A DNA stretch of 64,000 bases from Pseudomonadota bacterium (lineage in GTDB: Bacteria; Pseudomonadota; Alphaproteobacteria; Rhodobacterales; Rhodobacteraceae): NCBI GenBank assembly GCA_021779835.1, contig JAJXZX010000011.1, positions 48,046-112,045 of the forward strand. The letters run 5' to 3'. Shown one piece after another: positions 11,740 to 20,735 of this stretch (positions are counted from its first letter, which is position 1; the number at the start of each line of letters is the position of its first letter). A program made the translations under genes and the position numbers. The notes below the pieces were generated by a model. The model saw only the letters and a program-made list of their open reading frames with translations, was not told the origin of the DNA and made no database searches.

Positions 11740-12633
11740 ATGAAGCGGAAAGTTACAAAAGCAGTGTTCCCGGTCGCAGGTATGGGGACGCGCTTCCTGC
11801 CGGCAACCAAGTCGATCCCGAAAGAGATCATGACCTTGGTTGACCGGCCCCTGATCCAATATGCCATCGACGAGGCGCGCGCCGCGGGGATTAAGGAATT
11901 CATCTTCGTCACCTCGCGCGGCAAAAGCGCGCTGGAGGATTATTTCGACGACGCGCCGGAGCTGGAAAACAGCCTGCGCAAATCGGGCAAGACCGCTTTG
12001 CTGGAGATGCTGAAGCAAACCAACATGGATTCAGGCGCAATTGCTTACGTGCGCCAGAACCGCCCGCAGGGTCTTGGCCATGCCGTGTGGTGCGCCCGCC
12101 GTCTGGTTGGCAACGAACCCTTCGCTGTGATCCTGACCGATGACGTGATCGCCGCCGAAAAACCCTGCCTTCAGCAGATGATGGAGGCACACGCCGAAAC
12201 CGGAGGCAACGTCGTGGCCACGATGGAGGTCTCGCCCGAGCGCGCCTCGTCCTATGGTGTGCTGGACGTGGCAGAGGACATGGGCTCCATGGTTCGCGCC
12301 AAGGGTATGGTTGAGAAGCCGCCGATGGGCACCGCGCCGTCGAACCTTGCGGTGATCGGGCGCTATATCCTGACGCCAAACATCATGACCAACCTCAACC
12401 GGCTGAAAGTCGGCGCCGGGGGCGAGATCCAGTTGACCGACGCAATCGCCGAGGAAATCACGGCGGGGAACCCGGTCTATGGTTACCGATTCCGTGGTCA
12501 GCGCTTCGATTGCGGTTCCAAAGCTGGTTTCCTTCAGGCGACAGTAGCCTTCGGCCTTGCCCGTGACGACCTGCGCAACGAATTCTCGCAGTATCTGACC
12601 GAGACGGTCGCATTGCAGAAGGCGGCGCAATAA
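11740..12633 (+). CDS. galU: UTP--glucose-1-phosphate uridylyltransferase
   Basis: KAVFPVAGMGTRFLPATKSIPKEIM... is the canonical GalU motif. Confidence 0.93.
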   Translation: MKRKVTKAVFPVAGMGTRFLPATKSIPKEIMTLVDRPLIQYAIDEARAAGIKEFIFVTSRGKSALEDYFDDAPELENSLRKSGKTALLEMLKQTNMDSGAIAYVRQNRPQGLGHAVWCARRLVGNEPFAVILTDDVIAAEKPCLQQMMEAHAETGGNVVATMEVSPERASSYGVLDVAEDMGSMVRAKGMVEKPPMGTAPSNLAVIGRYILTPNIMTNLNRLKVGAGGEIQLTDAIAEEITAGNPVYGYRFRGQRFDCGSKAGFLQATVAFGLARDDLRNEFSQYLTETVALQKAAQ

Positions 12634-12686
12634 GACGCGCGGCTGCCCTGCGGCGCCTTCCCGCTTTGCTGGGGGGGCGCAGCTAG

Positions 12687-13922
12687 ATGGCTCAGCCATC
12701 CGCCCGGTTATTGGACCTCACCCGGCTCGTCTCTCGCGCGGGCAGGGGGGTAATGACCGGGGTTGATCGTGTGGAGCTTGCGTATCTGCGCACGCTGCTG
12801 GACCAACCGACGCCGCTTTTCGCGCTGGTCCGCACGACGCTAGGCTTCACCCTGCTTGACCGCAACGGCGCCGCAACGCTTTTGCCGCGCTTGACCGGCG
12901 ACGCGCCGTGGGGCGCCGCCGACCTGTTGGGCCGCCTCAGCCAGCGGCACGCGCCTGAGCGTGCAAAGGCCGAATCCGACCTCCGCCGCCTATGTATTGC
13001 CCGTGCCCGTCCGCGCGGGTTGGCGCGTATGCTCGCTCGCTATCTGCCTGCTGGGACCGCCTATCTCAACGTCGGGCACGCTAACCTGTCTGCCGTGGTC
13101 TTTGCTGCGGTAAAGACCGTCGCTGATGCCCGAATTACTGTCCTTATCCATGACACCATCCCGCTGGATTACCCCGCCTACGCCGCGCCGGGCGTGCCCG
13201 CGGTGTTTGCCGACCGCCTCGCCCGGGTCGGGGCTGCTGCCGATTTGGTGATCTACAACTCCGCCCAGTCCCGCCGCGACGCAGAGCGGCACTTTGCCCG
13301 CTGGGGCCGCGTGCCGCCGGCGCTTGTCGCGCACCTTGGCGTCGAGGTTGCCAAACCGGACCCCACCGCGCTGCCGCAAGACCTGCCGCCCCGCCCATAT
13401 TTCGTGACCCTCGGCACGATAGAGCCGCGCAAGAACCATGCTCTCCTCCTCGATCTCTGGGATGACATGCTGCGCGACCCTCCACCCGGCGGTTGCCCTG
13501 GCCTGCTGATCGTCGGGCGCCGCGGCTGGAACAACGCCGAGGTCTTTCGCCGCCTCGACGCCCTTGGCCCCACCGCGCCGATACGCGAAATTGCTGGCCT
13601 TGACGATGGCGCGGTGGCCGCCCTTCTGGCCAATTCGGCGGGACTACTGTTTCCATCGTTTGCCGAAGGGTTCGGCCTGCCGCCACTTGAAGCCGCGGTT
13701 CTAGGCGTGCCCTCAATTTGTAACAATCTTGAAATTTATCAGGAGATTCTCGGTAATTACCCAGTTTACGCGCCAGTAAACGATCGCTATCTTTGGCGCG
13801 CCGCATTGGGTGAACTGACGCGAAGATCAGGGCGGCAAAGCGGGATGACGGCAGAAGACAAAATGCGATTCTTGGCGCCCAGTTGGGCGGATCACTTCAA
13901 ACCTGTGTTAGGGTTGACGTGA
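12687..13922 (+). CDS. Glycosyltransferase family 4 (GT-B, group 1)
   Basis: The C-terminal EGFGLPPLEAAVLGVPSICNN motif (E-X7-E type) is typical of GT4. Confidence 0.8.
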   Translation: MAQPSARLLDLTRLVSRAGRGVMTGVDRVELAYLRTLLDQPTPLFALVRTTLGFTLLDRNGAATLLPRLTGDAPWGAADLLGRLSQRHAPERAKAESDLRRLCIARARPRGLARMLARYLPAGTAYLNVGHANLSAVVFAAVKTVADARITVLIHDTIPLDYPAYAAPGVPAVFADRLARVGAAADLVIYNSAQSRRDAERHFARWGRVPPALVAHLGVEVAKPDPTALPQDLPPRPYFVTLGTIEPRKNHALLLDLWDDMLRDPPPGGCPGLLIVGRRGWNNAEVFRRLDALGPTAPIREIAGLDDGAVAALLANSAGLLFPSFAEGFGLPPLEAAVLGVPSICNNLEIYQEILGNYPVYAPVNDRYLWRAALGELTRRSGRQSGMTAEDKMRFLAPSWADHFKPVLGLT

Positions 13923-13971
13923 TAGTCATGTCTTGCTGTGCTGAAATGGTAAGATTGGGACGAGTGACACT

Positions 13972-14982
13972 GTGGGAACATTAAGCTCATACCGTTTGCG
14001 CCTCGCGCGCAAGCGATGGCGTTTTAGGGCGTTCCGCAAACGGCGGGAGTTGCGCCCCGTTGCTGATCGCACCAACATCATCGGGCCCAGTGACATTCTG
14101 GTTTTCTGCACGCTGCGCAATGAACGCGTGCGGCTACCCTATTTCCTGCGTTATTACCGCGACCTTGGCGTCAACCATTTCTTTTTCGTCGACAACGACT
14201 CGGACGATGGCACGCGCGAATATCTGGCAGAGCAAACAGATGCCTCGGTCTGGACCACCAAGCATAGCTACAAACGGTCCCGCTTTGGCGTTGATTGGTT
14301 GAACTGGCTGCAAATGCGCCATGGCCACGGGCATTGGACGCTGCTGGTCGATCCAGACGAATTCTTCGTCTACCCGTTCTGCGATACCCGCTCGATCAGG
14401 GCGCTGACCGACTGGCTGGATGCGTCGTCGATCAAATCTTTCGGTGCGATGCTGGTCGATATGTATCCCAAGGGCCCGATCGACGCGCATCCCTACCGCG
14501 AGGGCCAAGACCCGATGGAGATTGCCTGCTGGTTCGACAGCGGCAACTACATGATTAAAAAGAACAAGATCTACGGCAATCTCTGGATCCAAGGCGGCCC
14601 ACGTGCGCGCGCATTTTTCTACGACAACCCTGAACGCGCGCCGGCGATGAACAAGATCCCGCTGGTCAAATGGCACCGCGACTATACCTACGTCAGCTCG
14701 ACCCACATGCTTTTGCCGCGCGGGTTGAACCTCGTTTATGATGAATGGGGTGGCGAAAAGGCGTCTGGCTGCCTGCTCCATGCGAAATTTCTTGATACGT
14801 TTGCGATCAAGTCGGCGGAGGAACTGGAGCGGCGGCAGCACTACGCCAATTCCCACGAATACCGCGCCTATAACGTCGGGCTGAAAGCCAATCCCGATCT
14901 TTGGTGCAAATGGAGCGAGAAGTACATTAACTGGCGCCAACTTGAAATTCTGGGGTTGATGTCCAAGGGAAACTGGGCGTGA
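13972..14982 (+). CDS. Putative GT-A-like glycosyltransferase (Glyco_tranf_2_4-like)
   Basis: 336 aa. ILVFCTLRNE...FFFVDNDSDDGT resembles the PF13704 family. Apparent GTG start, with a basic N-terminus. Confidence 0.45.
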   Translation: MGTLSSYRLRLARKRWRFRAFRKRRELRPVADRTNIIGPSDILVFCTLRNERVRLPYFLRYYRDLGVNHFFFVDNDSDDGTREYLAEQTDASVWTTKHSYKRSRFGVDWLNWLQMRHGHGHWTLLVDPDEFFVYPFCDTRSIRALTDWLDASSIKSFGAMLVDMYPKGPIDAHPYREGQDPMEIACWFDSGNYMIKKNKIYGNLWIQGGPRARAFFYDNPERAPAMNKIPLVKWHRDYTYVSSTHMLLPRGLNLVYDEWGGEKASGCLLHAKFLDTFAIKSAEELERRQHYANSHEYRAYNVGLKANPDLWCKWSEKYINWRQLEILGLMSKGNWA

Positions 14983-14992
14983 GGGTGGTTGA

Positions 14993-16690
14993 GTGAGCGT
15001 TGGCTACATCATGTTGTGCCACACTGCGCTGCATCGTGCTGCGCAAGTGGCACGCCATTGGGCCCAACGCGATTGCCCCGTCGTTATCCATGTCGATAAA
15101 CGCGTGGGGCGGCATCATTTTGATAAGCTGAAGGCCTCGCTGGCGGACCTTCCCAACGTGCGATTCTCCACCCGTCACGCCTGCGAATGGGGCACCTGGG
15201 GCATCGTCGCGGCTACACAGCAGGCGGCGGAGTTGATGCTGAAATCCTTCCCCGAGGTGCGCCACGTGTGCCTGACCTCCGGTTCGTGTCTGCCGCTGCG
15301 TCCGGTCGAGGAAATGGTGAAATACCTTGAAGACCGCCCGCGCACGGATTTCATCGAATCTGTAACGACCGCCGATGTCACCTGGACCGTCGGCGGCTTC
15401 GATGCGGAACGGTTTACCCTGCGCTTCCCGTTCTCGTGGAAGAAGCACCGACACCTGTTTGACGCCTACGTCAAACTGCAACGCCGGGTTAATTTCCGCA
15501 GGCGGATCCCCAAGGGTCTGGTTCCGCATTTGGGTAGCCAGTGGTGGTGCCTGACGCGCCAAACGCTTTCTGCCATTCTGGAAGACCCTGATCGCAAGAC
15601 CTACGACAATTACTTCAAACGCGTCTGGATCCCGGACGAGTCGTATTTTCAGTCGATGGTGCGGCTCTACTCCACCAATGTGGAAAGCCGCACGCTGACG
15701 CTGACCAAGTTCGACTTTCAGGGCAAGCCGCACATCTTTTACGACGATCACCTGCAACTTCTGCGCCGCTCTGACTGCTTTATCGCGCGCAAGATTTGGC
15801 CGCATGCCGACCGGCTTTACAAGGTGTTCCTCGCCTCCGATACCAATGTCCGCGCCGTGGCAGAGCCGAACCCGGGCAAGATCGACCGACTCTTTGCCAA
15901 AGCGGTAGAGCGGCGTACGCGTGGCCGTGCCGGCCTTTACATGCAAAGCCGCTATCCCAACGACAACTGGGAAAACGGCCGCACCTGCGCGGCCTATTCC
16001 GTGTTCGAAGGTTTCTCGGATCTGTTCGAAAACTTTGAGACTTGGTTGAACAAGGCGGCAGGAGGGCGCGTTCACGGTCACCTTTTCGCCCCCGACCGGG
16101 TGCAATTCGCCGGTGGCGAAAGTGTCTATAACGGTGCCATGTCTGACAGTGCGGCGCTGCGCGACTACAACCCCAAATCGTTCCTCTGCAACCTGATCTG
16201 GAACACGCGGGGAGAGCGGCAATGCTTTCAGTTTGGCCCGAAGGACGGTCAAGATATCGCGGACTTCATGGCCTACGATCCCAATGCCCAGATCTCGGTG
16301 ATCTCGGGCGCTTGGGCGCTGCCGCTGTTCCACTCTAACCTGAATTTCTCGGACATCCGCAAACGCGCCGCGCTTTTGCAAAAGATCGAGGCGGCGCACT
16401 TGGGCATTTTGCGTAACCCCTACGTAAAGGCGCGGGTGCGAATCTGGACGCTGGCCGAATTCATCGAGAACCCGATGGAGCCGCTACAAACCATCATTGA
16501 CGAAATCAGCCCGCGCGCCATGCGCCGCCTGACCGAGGCGCCGAAGATGGTCGATCTGGCGGGCTTTGGTCAGTTCCTGCAAAACCTCAAGAACCAAGGG
16601 ATGCAGCCGCTTCTGATGGGGGATTTCCCAGTCGGAGACGATCCCAGGCAAAACTCCGCCCGCCACGGCAGACCCTATTTGGTGAAATGA
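14993..16690 (+). CDS. GT14 family (Core-2/I-branching beta-1,6-GlcNAc-transferase-like) protein with C-terminal extension
   Basis: The N-terminal half carries Branch-domain motifs (YIMLCH...VIHVDKR..., SQWWCLTRQ). The C-terminal ~280 aa is an extra domain of unknown function. GTG start at 14993, or ATG at 15011. Confidence 0.6.
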   Translation: MSVGYIMLCHTALHRAAQVARHWAQRDCPVVIHVDKRVGRHHFDKLKASLADLPNVRFSTRHACEWGTWGIVAATQQAAELMLKSFPEVRHVCLTSGSCLPLRPVEEMVKYLEDRPRTDFIESVTTADVTWTVGGFDAERFTLRFPFSWKKHRHLFDAYVKLQRRVNFRRRIPKGLVPHLGSQWWCLTRQTLSAILEDPDRKTYDNYFKRVWIPDESYFQSMVRLYSTNVESRTLTLTKFDFQGKPHIFYDDHLQLLRRSDCFIARKIWPHADRLYKVFLASDTNVRAVAEPNPGKIDRLFAKAVERRTRGRAGLYMQSRYPNDNWENGRTCAAYSVFEGFSDLFENFETWLNKAAGGRVHGHLFAPDRVQFAGGESVYNGAMSDSAALRDYNPKSFLCNLIWNTRGERQCFQFGPKDGQDIADFMAYDPNAQISVISGAWALPLFHSNLNFSDIRKRAALLQKIEAAHLGILRNPYVKARVRIWTLAEFIENPMEPLQTIIDEISPRAMRRLTEAPKMVDLAGFGQFLQNLKNQGMQPLLMGDFPVGDDPRQNSARHGRPYLVK

Positions 16691-16694
16691 TCCG

Positions 16695-18098
16695 GTGACC
16701 AAACCCTTCGACTACTTCGTAATTTTCGCCGAAATGCGCACGGGTTCCAACCTGCTGGAGGCGAACCTGAATTCGTTCGACGGCATTGCCTGTCATGGCG
16801 AGGCGTTCAACCCGGTCTTTGTCGGCCATCGCAACAAGACCGAAATGTTCGGCATCTCGATGGATCAGCGCGAAAAGGATCCGCTACAGTTGATCCGCGT
16901 CATGATTTCCGACACCGACGGCCTTCCCGGCTTTCGATTCTTCCACGACCATGACCCGCGCGTGCAGGCGCACTGCCTTGCCGATCCGCGCTGCGGCAAG
17001 ATCATCCTGACGCGCAACCCGGCCGAAAGCTACGTCTCACTGAAGATCGCGCAGCAAACCGGACAGTGGAAACTTGGCGACATCAAGAACCACAAAACGG
17101 CGAAGGTCACCTTCAACGCTGCCGAGTTTGAACAGCATCTGGAAACTCTGCAGGAATTCCAGCTTGAGCTTTTGTACGCGCTACAGGCGTCCGGCCAAAC
17201 CGCGTTCTATGTGAATTATGAGGATTTGCAGGATGTTGAGGTGATGAACGGCCTCGCCCGTTTTCTTGGCGTCGATGCGCAGATCACCGCAATTTCCCGC
17301 GACTTAGTCAAACAAAACCCCGAGGATATTGCCGAAAAGGTGGTGAATGCCACGCAGATGGAGGCCGCGCTTGCCCGGCTCGATCGCTTCAACCTGTCGC
17401 GCACCCCGAATTTCGAGCCACGCCGTCCGGCGCAAATTCCGGCCTATGTTGCCGCTGCCAATGCGCCGCTTCTTTTCCTGCCGATCAAGTCGGGGCCAGA
17501 GGTTGAAGTGCTGCACTGGCTTCGCACCATCGGCGGTGGCCTGACACGGGATTTTACCCACAAATCGCTGCGTCAATGGAAGCGCGGCGCTGAGGGGTTC
17601 CGCAGCTTCACTGTGCTACGCCACCCAATCGCGCGCGCCCACGCCACTTTCACCGATCAGATCCTGACTGGCAAACACCCCGAGATTCGCCAAAGCCTGC
17701 GGCGGCTTTACAAGGTCCAGCTTCCCGCCGATGCGGCAGAGCCGGGCTATGGCATTGCTGCCCATCGCCTCGCCTTCCTTAGCTTCCTGTGGTTTCTCAA
17801 GGGCAACCTTGCTGGCCAAACCAGCATCCGCGTCGACGCCGCTTGGGCGACGCAAAGTGCGGTGCTGCAAGGCTATGCTCAAGTCGGCTCGCCGGATCTG
17901 GTGCTGCGCGAAGATCGGATGGCGGCGGGCCTTGCCTATCTTGCAGCAGAGGTCGGCCTGACCTCGCCCGGACTGGGCAAACCCAGCGCCGCGCCGCGCC
18001 ACAGCCTTGCCGATATCTACGATTCGGAACTTGAGGACGCCGCCCGCGACGCCTATGCGCGCGACTATGCCGGCTTTGGGTTCGGGTCGTGGCGTTAG
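16695..18098 (+). CDS. Two-domain sulfotransferase (NodH/Stf0-like N-terminal half plus a second sulfotransferase-like half)
   Basis: The N-terminus FAEMRTGSNLL is a 5'-PSB-like loop. The second half carries FTVLRHPIARAHATF, an RDP/RHP-x-x-R-x-x-S-type 3'-PB motif. GTG start 4 nt after the GT14 stop. Confidence 0.65.
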   Translation: MTKPFDYFVIFAEMRTGSNLLEANLNSFDGIACHGEAFNPVFVGHRNKTEMFGISMDQREKDPLQLIRVMISDTDGLPGFRFFHDHDPRVQAHCLADPRCGKIILTRNPAESYVSLKIAQQTGQWKLGDIKNHKTAKVTFNAAEFEQHLETLQEFQLELLYALQASGQTAFYVNYEDLQDVEVMNGLARFLGVDAQITAISRDLVKQNPEDIAEKVVNATQMEAALARLDRFNLSRTPNFEPRRPAQIPAYVAAANAPLLFLPIKSGPEVEVLHWLRTIGGGLTRDFTHKSLRQWKRGAEGFRSFTVLRHPIARAHATFTDQILTGKHPEIRQSLRRLYKVQLPADAAEPGYGIAAHRLAFLSFLWFLKGNLAGQTSIRVDAAWATQSAVLQGYAQVGSPDLVLREDRMAAGLAYLAAEVGLTSPGLGKPSAAPRHSLADIYDSELEDAARDAYARDYAGFGFGSWR

Positions 18099-18105
18099 GT
18101 GCGCG

Positions 18106-18573
18106 TCAGGCCGCCTGATGCTTTGATTTTGGCTCGGTCAGCACGGCATATAACGTCGCCGGGTCCGAATTCGCCCGCAGTTTGGCGCAGATCGCCGGGT
18201 CGCGCATCGTGCGTGACACCAACGCCAGCGCTTTCAGATGATCCACGCCCGAATCCTTGGGCGCAAACAGCGTGAATACCAGATCAACCGGTTGCCGGTC
18301 GACGGCCTCAAAATCAAGCGGCTTTTCCAGCCGCATGAACACGCCAACGATATGTTCAAGCGATTCCAGTCGGGCGTGGGGCAGCGCGATGCCATGTCCC
18401 ACACCGGTGCCGCCAAGCGCCTCTCGTTCCTGCAATCCGTCCGTCGCCACAGAGGCGTCCACGCCATATACAGCGGCGGCGACTTCCCCAAGCTCTTGGA
18501 AAAGTCGCTTCTTGCTAGTCAGGTGTCCGACAACCTTTACGGCACCGGGTTTCAGAATCCTGGAAAGGTCCAT
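18106..18573 (-). CDS. ptsN: PTS IIA-like nitrogen regulatory protein PtsN (EIIA-Ntr)
   Basis: 155 aa with the conserved His region (GIALPHARL). It is downstream of hpf as in the canonical cluster. Confidence 0.88.
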   Translation of the reverse strand: MDLSRILKPGAVKVVGHLTSKKRLFQELGEVAAAVYGVDASVATDGLQEREALGGTGVGHGIALPHARLESLEHIVGVFMRLEKPLDFEAVDRQPVDLVFTLFAPKDSGVDHLKALALVSRTMRDPAICAKLRANSDPATLYAVLTEPKSKHQAA

Positions 18574-18609
18574 GTGCCTTCTTGTGTCCGTCGTCGCCTG
18601 CTTAGGCTG

Positions 18610-19182
18610 TTATGCATTCACCGGATCGATCCAGCCGATATTGCCATCTTCCCGGCGATACACGACATTCACACCGCTGTTCTTCTCATTCCGAAACACC
18701 AGAAGATGCGCGCCTCCCAGCTCCATCTGCATCACCGCCTCACCGACCGAGAGCGAAGGGATCTTCGTCTCCATCTCGGCGATGATCATCGGCTGCAGGG
18801 AATTGGGCTCGCCATCCTCATGGTCATCGGATGCGGCGAGGATATAGGACGAAGCGCCGCCGAATTCAACCGGCTCTGAGCGGTCGCGCTGGTGATCTTT
18901 CAAACGGCGCTTATAGCGACGCAACTGTTTGTCCATCTTCTCGCGGCAGCCCTCGAACGCGGCATAAACCTCGGTGGCGTGCCCCTTGGCGGATGCCGTC
19001 ATGCCGGTGGAAAGATGCACCGTTGCTTCACAGACAAACTCATGCGCATTGCGCGAAAAAACCACGACGGCGTCGGTCGGACGCTGAGAGTATTTCGTGA
19101 CCGTTTCGTCAAGCTCGGACTTCACGTGGGTTTGCAGTGCATCCCCAATGTCGATCTGTTTTCCGGTGATCTGGTAGCGCAT
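18610..19182 (-). CDS. hpf: Ribosome hibernation promoting factor, long form
   Basis: MRYQITGKQIDIGDALQTHV... plus the C-terminal dimerisation domain. A strong SD (GAGGAGG) precedes it. Confidence 0.9.
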   Translation of the reverse strand: MRYQITGKQIDIGDALQTHVKSELDETVTKYSQRPTDAVVVFSRNAHEFVCEATVHLSTGMTASAKGHATEVYAAFEGCREKMDKQLRRYKRRLKDHQRDRSEPVEFGGASSYILAASDDHEDGEPNSLQPMIIAEMETKIPSLSVGEAVMQMELGGAHLLVFRNEKNSGVNVVYRREDGNIGWIDPVNA

Positions 19183-19442
19183 GATGCCTCCTCTGGGTCG
19201 AACGGTCTAGGAACCCTACAGCCTGTAAGGTTCCGTTCTGGTTAAATTTTTACGGGTAGAACTTCTTTACCAGTGCCGAATGCAAGACTTTTGAAGCCCT
19301 GCGGCAGTGGTGATCGATCAAGGTTGGATCTCACATACATCCCCCCTATTTGGCGTCCGATCCGGGGGAAATGTCAACGACCTCGTGGGGGCGCAACATA
19401 CAATTTGACGGGATTTCTCCGCTGGCGCGGAATTTGGCCGGA

Positions 19443-20204
19443 TCAGGAGATGCGGAAGTTCTGCCCCAGATAGACGCGGCGGACGTTCTCGTCGCGGATT
19501 ACTTCGTCCGCCGTTCCGCTCATCAGAACGTGCCCTTCGTGCAGAATATAGGCGCGATCCACGATCTCCAGCGTTTCGCGGACATTGTGGTCGGTGATCA
19601 GAATGCCGATGCCACGGCTTTTCAGATCATGCACCAGATGGCGAATCTCTCCGACTGCGATCGGGTCCACGCCGGCAAAGGGTTCATCCAGCATCAGATA
19701 CTTCGGATCGGCGGCCAGACAGCGCGCAATTTCCACCCGCCGCCGTTCGCCGCCCGACAACGATAGCGCCGGCGCGCGCCGCAGGTGTGTGATGGAAAAG
19801 TCGCTCAGCAACTCCTCGAGCCGTTCGCGCCGTTTGTGACGCTCGCTCAGCGTGATTTCCAGCACGGCAAGGATGTTGTCCTCCACCGAAAGCCCGCGAA
19901 AGATCGAGACTTCCTGCGGCAGATACCCGATGCCAAGCCGCGCGCGGCGATACATCGGCAGCAAGGTCACATCACGCCCGTCGATCAGAACCTGCCCGCT
20001 TTCCGGCGTCACCAGCCCGGCGATCGAGTAAAAACAGGTGGTCTTGCCCGATCCGTTCGGCCCTAGCAACGCCACGACCTCGCCCCGCGCCAGATCCATA
20101 CTGACGTCCCGGATCACCGGCCTGCGAGAATAGCTTTTGCGCAGGTTAACAACCTTCAACCCGCCGGTGCCGTTTTTAACGGTTAGATCGGGCGGCGGCG
20201 TCAT
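19443..20204 (-). CDS. lptB: LPS export ABC transporter ATP-binding protein LptB
   Basis: Walker A GPNGSGKTT, signature LSGGERRRVEIARCLA, and an LptB-type C-terminus. Confidence 0.93.
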   Translation of the reverse strand: MTPPPDLTVKNGTGGLKVVNLRKSYSRRPVIRDVSMDLARGEVVALLGPNGSGKTTCFYSIAGLVTPESGQVLIDGRDVTLLPMYRRARLGIGYLPQEVSIFRGLSVEDNILAVLEITLSERHKRRERLEELLSDFSITHLRRAPALSLSGGERRRVEIARCLAADPKYLMLDEPFAGVDPIAVGEIRHLVHDLKSRGIGILITDHNVRETLEIVDRAYILHEGHVLMSGTADEVIRDENVRRVYLGQNFRIS

Positions 20205-20725
20205 GGGTTGCTCTTGGGTTGGAATACGGTCTGCACCCGACCGTCCATTTGGCCGGTGCCCTGCGTCAGGTCGATCATCAACTTTTGTCCCGACATCGCG
20301 TTCTGCCCCTGCGTCAGTAGCACATCGCCCGTCAAAACCATCGTGCCCACGTTGACCGCATAAACCGCGTCCTTCGCCTCTGCCGCTTCGGTGCCGGTGT
20401 TCAGCGTCACGCCCCCGCTGGCGAAAAGCTTGGAAATGCGCCCGTTGTCGCCGCCGGCGGTCTTGTCATACTCAACCCGCACCAGGGGTGCGGTCAGCCG
20501 CATCTTGCCTTGGCCGACAATCACATGGCCAGAAAACACCGCCGTCCCGTCGCTTTGGTTCACCTTCAACTGATCCGCCGTCACGTTCACCGGCAACGTC
20601 GGATCCTGCCGCAATCCATTGAAGGCGACCTGTGGGGTTTGCGCGAAGCCTGCCATAGTGCCCGCGGTCAGCACCATGGCAGCAAGTGCCATCGCTGCGG
20701 TCCCACTCCGGATCAGTTGCACCAT
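20201..20725 (-). CDS. lptA: LPS transport periplasmic protein LptA
   Basis: 174 aa with a signal peptide and an OstA-like fold. It lies between lptC and lptB and overlaps lptB by 4 nt. Confidence 0.85.
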   Translation of the reverse strand: MVQLIRSGTAAMALAAMVLTAGTMAGFAQTPQVAFNGLRQDPTLPVNVTADQLKVNQSDGTAVFSGHVIVGQGKMRLTAPLVRVEYDKTAGGDNGRISKLFASGGVTLNTGTEAAEAKDAVYAVNVGTMVLTGDVLLTQGQNAMSGQKLMIDLTQGTGQMDGRVQTVFQPKSNP

Positions 20726-20735
20726 ACTGTCACCC

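Noticed and set aside
19183-19442. Possible rpoN between lptB and hpf
   Set aside because: Only 260 bp are available. No sigma-54 motifs appear in any frame.
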